DNA from: Candidatus Omnitrophota bacterium
Lineage (GTDB): Bacteria > Omnitrophota > Gorgyraeia > Velamenicoccales > JABMQK01
Direction: 5' to 3'
DNA length: 64,000 nucleotides
Assembly: GCA_028711115.1 (NCBI GenBank)
Contig: JAQTSV010000001.1
Coordinates: forward strand, 70,032-134,031
Position 1 is the stretch's first letter, and each line of letters starts with the position of its first letter. Below are positions 57,321-64,000 of this stretch, piece by piece. The translations under genes and the position numbers were made by a program. A model generated the notes under the pieces. That model worked only from the letters and a program-made list of their open reading frames with translations, was not told where the DNA came from and did not search any database.

Positions 57321-57797
57321 ATGAGATCCGCAATAATCTATTATTCTTATTCGGGCAACACCAGGAAAGTCGCACAGGAATTAAAGAAATACCTGGAGAA
57401 GCAGGGTTCTGTGGAGCTGGCAGAACTAAAGCCGCTGGATGAATCAGATAATTTTTTTGTGCAGAGCAAAAGGGCATTATTCGGCAAAGAGGCGATAATA
57501 GAAAATACCCAGTTTGACCTTACGGGATTTGATGTGATTTGTCTGGGTACGCCTGTGTGGGCATTCGGGCCTAGTCCGGCGATGAATACATTCCTTAAGA
57601 AATGTTTTGGTTTGAAAAATAAAACCGTGGTTATTTTTACCACTTACGGCAGCGGCACGGGAAATAATAAATGCATCCGCAAAATTCAAAAAACATTACA
57701 GCCGCAAGGCGTAAAACAATTTCGTTCTTTCAGCGTGCAGCAATCCAAGGTAAAGGATAATAATTTTATTTTGAATATTTTAGCCAAAGTTCTGTAA
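57321..57797 (+). CDS. flavodoxin family protein
   Basis: SAIIYYSYSGNTRKVA FMN-binding N-terminus. 158 aa. Confidence 0.8.
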   Translation: MRSAIIYYSYSGNTRKVAQELKKYLEKQGSVELAELKPLDESDNFFVQSKRALFGKEAIIENTQFDLTGFDVICLGTPVWAFGPSPAMNTFLKKCFGLKNKTVVIFTTYGSGTGNNKCIRKIQKTLQPQGVKQFRSFSVQQSKVKDNNFILNILAKVL

Positions 57798-57803
57798 AAT
57801 TTT

Positions 57804-57875
57804 GCGCCTGTAGCGTAACGGATAGCGCACTAGCCTCCGGAGCTAGGTGTGGCAGTTCGATTCTGCCCGGGCGCA
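57804..57875 (+). tRNA. tRNA-Arg (anticodon CCG)
   Basis: GCGCCTG-TA-GCGT..GCGC-A-CTAGC-CTCCGGA-GCTAG-GTGT-GGCAG-TTCGATT-CTGCC-CGGGCGC-A. Confidence 0.9.
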
Positions 57876-57884
57876 TAAATTAAA

Positions 57885-57946
57885 ACAGGTTTCCGCCGTA
57901 GGCGGATCCGCCTAATCTTTGTGGCGGACGATTCCTGTCAGGCGCA
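57885..57946 (+). repeat. second T-arm/acceptor-3'-strand unit after tRNA-Arg, split in the T-loop by double-hairpin element X3 (57892-57928)
   Basis: ACAGG-TT | [TCCGCC GTA GGCGGA][TCCGCC TAATCTTTGT GGCGGA] | CGATT-CCTGT-CAGGCGC-A. Same layout as the unit after tRNA-Glu. Confidence 0.75.
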
Positions 57947-57959
57947 TAAAAGTAGGTTG

Positions 57960-58017
57960 TCCCGACTCGTATGATGTTCAAAAATTCTCTTCGACAATTT
58001 TTGAACACTCGTCGGGA
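57960..58017 (+). repeat. long imperfect hairpin upstream of the TIGR00725-family gene
   Basis: Outer stem TCCCGAC (57960-57966) / GTCGGGA (58011-58017). Inner perfect 11-bp stem GTTCAAAAATT / AATTTTTGAAC. Confidence 0.65.
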
Positions 58018-58044
58018 TTATGCTGTATAAAAGGAAATATTAAG

Positions 58045-58509
58045 GTGCATAAACAAAAATTATTAATCGCTGTAATCGGCGGGCATAAGTGCAATAAAAA
58101 GACGGAAAAAATCGCTAAAGGATTAGGCAGAGAAATCGCCAATCTTGGCGCGATTTTAGTCTGCGGCGGATTGGGCGGAGTAATGCAGGCCGCGGCAAAA
58201 GGCGCAAAAGAATTTGGCGGCATAACCGTTGGGATTTTGCCCACCGACAATAAAAATGACGCCAATCCATATATCGATATTCCTATTGCCACAGGCCTGG
58301 GTTACACAAGAAATACATTGGTTACCACAGCAGCTGACATAATTATTGCTTTGCCGGGAGAATACGGCACGCTTTCAGAGATGGGTTTTGCTTTGAATGC
58401 AAAAAAGACAGTCATAAGCTTAGGCAGTTGGAAAATAAAAGGCGCAGTCAGATTTAAATCTGTCAAGCAGGCCATAGAATTTATAAAAAGGAGATTTTTA
58501 AATGCCTGA
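58045..58509 (+). CDS. TIGR00725-family (LOG/SLOG-like, lysine-decarboxylase-like fold) protein
   Basis: LIAVIGG...[17 protein letters not shown]...[12 protein letters not shown]. The probable GTG start at 58045 follows AAGGAAAT. The longer track ORF (from 57919) would read through the repeat element. Confidence 0.75.
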   Translation: MHKQKLLIAVIGGHKCNKKTEKIAKGLGREIANLGAILVCGGLGGVMQAAAKGAKEFGGITVGILPTDNKNDANPYIDIPIATGLGYTRNTLVTTAADIIIALPGEYGTLSEMGFALNAKKTVISLGSWKIKGAVRFKSVKQAIEFIKRRFLNA

Positions 58510-59878
58510 GAGAAAAATTATCCTAAGTGAAAGGGAAATTCCCAAGCAGTGGTACAATTTGGTCGCTGATTTGCCCAATCCCATGCATCCGCCGCTTACG
58601 CCCGATGGGAAACCCGTGACGCCGGACATGTTGTCACCGGTATTTCCCATGAATCTGATAGAGCAGGAGGCAAGCACAAAGCGCTGGATTGATATACCGG
58701 AGGAAATTTTGGAAATTCTCTGCCGCTGGAGGCCCACACCTTTACGCCGGGCAACTTATTTGGAAAAATATTTAAACACGCCGGCGAGGATTTATTATAA
58801 AGATGAAAGTTTAAGCCCTGCAGGAAGCCATAAGCCAAACACCGCCGTGGCACAGGCCTGGTATAACAAAGAATTCGGAATAAAAAAACTCACCACAGAA
58901 ACCGGCGCAGGACAGTGGGGCAGTGCCTTGGCATTTGCCTGTCAGTTACTGGGATTGGAGTGCAAAGTTTATATGGTGAGGATTAGTTTTGACCAGAAGC
59001 CGTTCCGTAAAATTCTTATGCGTATCTGGGGCGCTGAATGTATAGCCAGCCCCAGTAACCAGACAAAGTGCGGTCGGGAAATTTTACAGAAGATGCCTGA
59101 CACGCCGGGAAGCCTTGGTATAGCAATTTCCGAGGCTGTGGAAGAGGCAGTGGCGGATAAATCCGGCAGGACACGATATTCCCTCGGCAGCGTTTTAAAC
59201 CACGTTTTATTACACCAGACAATTATGGGCTTGGAGGCAAAGAAACAGTTAAAAATCGCCGGCGAAAAAAATCCCGACGTTATTATCGGCTGCGCCGGAG
59301 GAGGAAGTAATTTCGCAGGCCTGGCGTTTCCTTTTATGATTAATAAAATAAACGGAGAAAAAATAGACATAATCCCGGTAGAGCCCACAGCCTGTCCGTC
59401 CTTAACGCGCGGGCCATTTGCTTATGATTTCGGTGACATTGCCTGCCAGACGCCATTATTGGCAATGTATACATTGGGTCATGCTTTTGTGCCGCCGCCC
59501 ATTCATGCCGGCGGATTAAGATATCACGGCATGGCGCCATTGGTCAGCGAGGCGGTAAGAAGCGGGTTAGCTGCACCCAGGGCAGTGGATCAGATAAAAT
59601 GTTATGAGTCAGCATTAATCTGGTCAAAGACCGAAGGCAGTATATGTGCGCCTGAGACCAGCCATGCTATAGCCTGCGTGATAGAGGAAGCCCAGAAGGC
59701 AAAACAAGAAGGCAAAGAAAAAGTCATTCTGTTTAATTATAGCGGGCACGGGCTTCTGGACTTGGGCGGTTATGAGAAATTTCTCGACGGAAAACTTACT
59801 GATTATGTTCTTCCCGAGGAAGAATTACAAAAATCATTAAACAATATTAAAAATTTACCGAAACCAAAAATAAAATAA
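58502..59878 (+). CDS. TrpB2-type tryptophan synthase beta-like PLP enzyme
   Basis: 458 aa. N-terminal [13 protein letters not shown] extension, [14 protein letters not shown]-lysine region, and GGGSNFAG. Confidence 0.85.
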   Translation: MPERKIILSEREIPKQWYNLVADLPNPMHPPLTPDGKPVTPDMLSPVFPMNLIEQEASTKRWIDIPEEILEILCRWRPTPLRRATYLEKYLNTPARIYYKDESLSPAGSHKPNTAVAQAWYNKEFGIKKLTTETGAGQWGSALAFACQLLGLECKVYMVRISFDQKPFRKILMRIWGAECIASPSNQTKCGREILQKMPDTPGSLGIAISEAVEEAVADKSGRTRYSLGSVLNHVLLHQTIMGLEAKKQLKIAGEKNPDVIIGCAGGGSNFAGLAFPFMINKINGEKIDIIPVEPTACPSLTRGPFAYDFGDIACQTPLLAMYTLGHAFVPPPIHAGGLRYHGMAPLVSEAVRSGLAAPRAVDQIKCYESALIWSKTEGSICAPETSHAIACVIEEAQKAKQEGKEKVILFNYSGHGLLDLGGYEKFLDGKLTDYVLPEEELQKSLNNIKNLPKPKIK

Positions 59879-59956
59879 CTTCAGGGGTTTTCTTTCAACG
59901 GCGAAAGAAGGACCTCCGGACAACGCGGATAATTCCATAACACAACAGGAGGGTTT

Positions 59957-62900
59957 ATGCCAAGACGTAGCGACATTAAAAAAGTTCTGATTATCGGTTC
60001 AGGGCCGATTATTATCGGCCAGGCATGCGAGTTTGACTATTCGGGTACTCAGGCCTGCAAGGCATTGAAGGAGGAAGGTTACGAAATTATTCTGGTCAAT
60101 TCTAATCCCGCAACCATTATGACCGATCCTGAGATGGCTGATAAGACTTATATTGAGCCGCTTACGCCCGAGAGCCTGGAAAAGATAATCGAGAAGGAAA
60201 GACCGGACAGTCTGCTGCCTAATTTAGGCGGACAGACCGGTCTTAATTTAGCCTCAGCCCTCCATAAAAACGGCGTGTTAAAAAAATATAATGTAGAGAT
60301 TATCGGCGTTAAGGCCGATGCCATTGAACGCGGCGAGGACAGAATTGTTTTTAAAGAGACAATGAATATGCTGGGTATCCCGGTACCAAAGTCAGAGCCC
60401 TGCCATTCTGTGGAAGAGGCAGAGCAGATTGCGGAAAAACTTAAATATCCCGTCGTGCTCAGGCCGGCCTATACATTGGGAGGGACCGGCGGAGGCGTGG
60501 CTTATAACGTGGAAGAACTAAGGACAATTGTCACCAGAGGACTCAACGCCAGCATTGTTCACCAGGTTCTGGTTGAGGAATCTGTATTGGGCTGGGAAGA
60601 ATTGGAATTAGAAGTTGTCAGAGACGACAAAAATAAAAAGATTACAGTTTGTTTTATTGAGAATATCGATGCTATGGGCGTGCACACCGGCGATAGTTTC
60701 TGCGTTGCACCCATGCTGACTGTGCCGGAGAAATTGCAAAAACGAATGCAGGAATTGTCTTATAAAATAGTGGATGCCATAGGAGTTGTGGGCGGGACAA
60801 ATATTCAGTTTGCACACAATTTGGAGGACGATAGACTTGTGGTTATAGAAATCAATCCGCGGACTTCGCGTTCTTCCGCACTTGCCTCCAAAGCCACGGG
60901 TTTTCCTATTGCGCGGATTTCCACAAAGCTCGCAGCCGGCATAACCATGGATGAAATTCCATATTGGCGCAAAGGGACTCTGGAAAAATATGAACCCAGC
61001 GGAGATTATGTGGTAATCAAATTCGCGCGTTGGGCATTTGAGAAATTCCCTCAGGCCCAGGATATCATCGGCACGCAGATGAAGGCAGTGGGCGAGGTAA
61101 TGAGCATCGGAAAGAGTTTTAAAGAGGCTTTTCAGAAGTCCATACGTTCGCTGGAGATAAACAGGTATGGTTTGGGCGTAGATAAATTTAAGCAGCTCAC
61201 GCTGCCGCAGATAAAAGAAAAATTATTCTTTCCGTCGAGCGAACGCATATTTTTAATGTATGAAGCCCTGCGCCAGGGAATGGCCGTGGAGGAGCTTTAT
61301 CAGATGACCCACATCGGCAGATGGTTTATAAACGAGATGAAAGAGATTGTGGGGTTCGAACAGGAACTGCTTAAGTTTAAATGGAATGAACTGAGCGACG
61401 AAAAATTAGCCAAGGCAAAGGAATTCGGTTTTGCCGACAGATATCTTGCTGGTTTGTTCGGCGTAAAGGAAAAAGAGGCCAGAAAACGAAGAATTTCAGC
61501 CGGCAAAAATGGCAGGTTTGATGCCGTTCCTGTGAGCGGCGTAGAAAATGCCGCATATTATTATTCCACTTATATCGGCGAAGATAAAGTGCCGGTGTCG
61601 TCTAATAAAAAAGTTTTAATTTTAGGCGGCGGCCCCAACAGAATCGGACAGGGCATAGAATTTGACTATACCTGCGTCCACGCAGCCTTTGCCTTGCGCG
61701 ACGAAGGACTTGAGTCAATTATGATTAACTGTAACCCCGAGACAGTTTCCACAGATTATGATACTTCTGATAAACTTTATTTTGAGCCTCTGACAGTGGA
61801 AGATGTGCTTACGATTTACGAAAAAGAAAAACCCGAGGGAGTTATTGTGCAATTCGGAGGCCAGACTCCTTTAAATATCGCCCAGGAATTGAAAGATAAT
61901 GGCGTAAAGATTTTAGGCACAAGCCCTGAGAGCATCCGTTTTGCCGAAGACAGGGAAAGTTTCAGGCAGAAAATGATTGAGCTAAACATCCCCCAGCCGG
62001 AAGGCGCTACAGCGCGTTCTCTGGAAGAAGCCATAGCCATTGCCAAAAAAATCGGCTATCCTTTGATTGTGCGGCCATCTTTTGTGCTCGGCGGACGCGG
62101 TATGGAAATTATATACGAGGAAAGTCTCTTGGAAAAATATGCCAGAGAGGCGATACAGGTAAGCCCGGAATACCCCATGCTTATTGACAGATTTCTTGAG
62201 GAAGCCATTGAGACCGAGGTGGATGCGCTTTGCGACGGCAAAGAAGTTTTCATCGCTGCCGTTATGGAACATATCGAATTAGCAGGAATTCACTCCGGGG
62301 ATTCTGCCTGTGCAATTCCCACAAGGACAATAAAGGCAGAACACCTTAAAACAATCGAAGAATACACGGAAAAAATCGCCAAGACATTAAAAGTGGTGGG
62401 GCTTATGAATATTCAATATGCCATCTGCGACGACAAGGTTTATATTTTAGAGGCCAACCCCAGGGCTTCGCGTACAGTGCCTTTGGTTTCCAAGGTTACG
62501 GGGATTTCCATAGCCAGAATAGCCACGCATGTAATGTTAGGCAAGAAATTAACAGACTTCCCGGAACTTAAAAAACATAAACTGCCTTATTTCGCAGTGA
62601 AGGAAGCGGTGTTTCCTTTTAATATGTTTCCCGAGGTGGATCCTTTGCTGGGCCCTGAAATGAGGGCCACCGGAGAAGTCATGGGTATAGCCGATACCTT
62701 CGGTCTGGCCTTCTATAAGGCGCAAGGAGCTGCGGGTTCCAAGCTGCCCACGGAAGGAAATATTTTACTTACCGTGACCGACAGGGATAAACCAAAGCTT
62801 ATTGCCCTTGCCAAAAGAATCAAAAAACTCGGTTTCAATATTTATGCCACAGAAGGCACCAGCCGTTTCTTAAGCGAAAACGGCATAGCCAATACGATAA

Positions 62901-63202
62901 TAAATAAATTGATGGAAGGCAGGCCCGATATTGCGGATGCAATCAAGAATAAAGAACTCAATCTTATTGTAAATTCGCCCAGCGGCGGCCCCAGCAAGCA
63001 CGACGATAGCTACATTCGCATAATGGCCATACAATATAAAATCCCTTACATTACAACTATGGCAGCAGCCGCAGCCACCATCGAAGGCATAGAAGCGGTG
63101 AAGAAAGAAAAAGATTTACCGAAATCCCTGCAGGATTATTATAAAGAGGGATTAAAAATCACGCCGCGCAAGCCGCGGGTTGCAGTCAGCGCTAAAAAAT
63201 AA
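59957..63202 (+). CDS. carB: carbamoyl-phosphate synthase large subunit
   Basis: 1081 aa, duplicated ATP-grasp halves, and a C-terminal MGS-like domain. Confidence 0.97.
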   Translation: MPRRSDIKKVLIIGSGPIIIGQACEFDYSGTQACKALKEEGYEIILVNSNPATIMTDPEMADKTYIEPLTPESLEKIIEKERPDSLLPNLGGQTGLNLASALHKNGVLKKYNVEIIGVKADAIERGEDRIVFKETMNMLGIPVPKSEPCHSVEEAEQIAEKLKYPVVLRPAYTLGGTGGGVAYNVEELRTIVTRGLNASIVHQVLVEESVLGWEELELEVVRDDKNKKITVCFIENIDAMGVHTGDSFCVAPMLTVPEKLQKRMQELSYKIVDAIGVVGGTNIQFAHNLEDDRLVVIEINPRTSRSSALASKATGFPIARISTKLAAGITMDEIPYWRKGTLEKYEPSGDYVVIKFARWAFEKFPQAQDIIGTQMKAVGEVMSIGKSFKEAFQKSIRSLEINRYGLGVDKFKQLTLPQIKEKLFFPSSERIFLMYEALRQGMAVEELYQMTHIGRWFINEMKEIVGFEQELLKFKWNELSDEKLAKAKEFGFADRYLAGLFGVKEKEARKRRISAGKNGRFDAVPVSGVENAAYYYSTYIGEDKVPVSSNKKVLILGGGPNRIGQGIEFDYTCVHAAFALRDEGLESIMINCNPETVSTDYDTSDKLYFEPLTVEDVLTIYEKEKPEGVIVQFGGQTPLNIAQELKDNGVKILGTSPESIRFAEDRESFRQKMIELNIPQPEGATARSLEEAIAIAKKIGYPLIVRPSFVLGGRGMEIIYEESLLEKYAREAIQVSPEYPMLIDRFLEEAIETEVDALCDGKEVFIAAVMEHIELAGIHSGDSACAIPTRTIKAEHLKTIEEYTEKIAKTLKVVGLMNIQYAICDDKVYILEANPRASRTVPLVSKVTGISIARIATHVMLGKKLTDFPELKKHKLPYFAVKEAVFPFNMFPEVDPLLGPEMRATGEVMGIADTFGLAFYKAQGAAGSKLPTEGNILLTVTDRDKPKLIALAKRIKKLGFNIYATEGTSRFLSENGIANTIINKLMEGRPDIADAIKNKELNLIVNSPSGGPSKHDDSYIRIMAIQYKIPYITTMAAAAATIEGIEAVKKEKDLPKSLQDYYKEGLKITPRKPRVAVSAKK

Positions 63203-63214
63203 GAGAGCCAAACA

Positions 63215-64000
63215 GTGCCAGAGCTTCCGGAAGTTGAAACCATAAAAAGGCAGCTGGAAAAATCAATAAAAGGTAAAATTATAACCGGCGTTATTGTAAA
63301 CAACGCCAAGGTTATCAAAGAGCCTTCTTTGGATTTATTTAAGAAAAGAATCAAAGGCGCAAAAATAGAAAATATTTTAAGAAAAGGCAAGGCCTTAATC
63401 TTTGAGTTATCTTCGGGAAAATCACTGGTGGTTCATTTAAGGATGACCGGCCAGCTTGTTTATCCGGGAAACGGCAAAAAGAGCAGGATTAGTTTTAAGC
63501 TATCCGATAACAGATTTTTGGATTATAATGATAGAAGGATTTTGGGTGAATTGCGCCTTTTGGATGACTGGCGCAATCTGAAATTTATCCGGGAATTAGG
63601 CCCTGAGCCATATGATTTGACAGAGGAAGAATTCAGCATTATGCTTTCTCAGAAAAAGACAAAGATAAAACCGTTGCTTATGGATCAGACATTTATTTCT
63701 GGCATAGGCAATCTTTATGCTGCAGAGGCATTGTTTAAAGCAAGGATAAATCCGCAAAGACATGCCTCTAGTCTTTCAGAGAAAGAAAGTAAAAAATTAT
63801 TCATCAGTATCAAAGAAATTTTAGACGCAGCTACTAAACACAGAGGCTCTTCTGTGGACCAGTATGTTACAGCGTCGGGAGAAAAAGGCGACTATGCGCG
63901 TTTTCACAAAGTCTATGATAGGTTAGGCGAACCTTGCTATGTCTGCAAATCTCCTATAAAAAGAGTTTCCCTGGGTGGTAGGGGGACATATTTTTGCGCG
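63215..64000 (+). CDS. mutM: formamidopyrimidine-DNA glycosylase (3' end outside window)
   Basis: A GTG start gives (M)PELPEVETIKRQL, the catalytic N-terminal Pro-Glu signature. A C-terminal zinc-finger CxxC (CYVCKSPI) is seen before the window edge. Absent from the ORF track because no stop lies in the window. Confidence 0.88.
   Translation, partial: MPELPEVETIKRQLEKSIKGKIITGVIVNNAKVIKEPSLDLFKKRIKGAKIENILRKGKALIFELSSGKSLVVHLRMTGQLVYPGNGKKSRISFKLSDNRFLDYNDRRILGELRLLDDWRNLKFIRELGPEPYDLTEEEFSIMLSQKKTKIKPLLMDQTFISGIGNLYAAEALFKARINPQRHASSLSEKESKKLFISIKEILDAATKHRGSSVDQYVTASGEKGDYARFHKVYDRLGEPCYVCKSPIKRVSLGGRGTYFCA

Overview
This is a 64-kb chromosomal window from a moderately AT-rich bacterium. 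Lineage cannot be assigned from sequence alone. The gene set (RNase Y plus YmdB, a DUF721/DciA-type protein, several PilZ/GGDEF proteins, domain-minimal aminoacyl-tRNA synthetases) would fit a small-genome, probably uncultivated lineage.

The window is centred on the replication origin. From about 0.5 to 28.8 kb every gene is on the minus strand: gltX, dxs, xseBA, ymdB-like, rny, rarA, pheST, trkH plus two trkA, rplT-rpmI-infC-thrS, coaC, rpoZ, gmk, ndk, parBA, jag-N, yidC, yidD, rpmH. From 29.1 kb onward every gene is on the plus strand: dnaA, dnaN, DUF721, gyrB, gyrA, glmS, rsmI, an ABC-F ATPase, pyrR-pyrB-pyrC, an EndoQ-like protein, trpB2-like, carB, mutM.

Seven intact tRNA genes were folded by hand: Leu-GAG, Gln-CTG, Val-GAC, Leu-TAA, Cys-GCA, Glu-TTC and Arg-CCG. 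I saw no rRNA, CRISPR array, transposase or integrase.

Unusual content:
1. A mosaic tRNA-Glu locus at 37.16-37.74 kb. An intact tRNA is flanked by an exact duplicate of its 5' half and a duplicate of its 3' end. A small GIY-YIG ORF terminates inside the tRNA. Two homologous GC-rich double-hairpin inserts sit exactly in an anticodon loop and a T-loop. A third related element lies behind tRNA-Arg at 57.9 kb.
2. An AT-rich island at 46.5-49.7 kb. It carries a beta-class DNA methyltransferase, a PD-(D/E)XK nuclease candidate and an unknown ORF. It also carries a polytopic membrane protein paired with a DUF4406 (nucleoside-2-deoxyribosyltransferase-like) protein, which is a candidate uncharacterised defence pair.
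3. An HTH/Doc toxin-antitoxin pair with a GTTAAC-palindrome operator array.
4. Two parS-like perfect palindromes upstream of parA.
5. A Mut7-C gene split by one in-frame TAG.
6. rnpA is missing from the rpmH-yidD-yidC cluster.
7. Several structured intergenic regions of unknown function.

All calls come from reading the sequence and the supplied translations. No database search was run.
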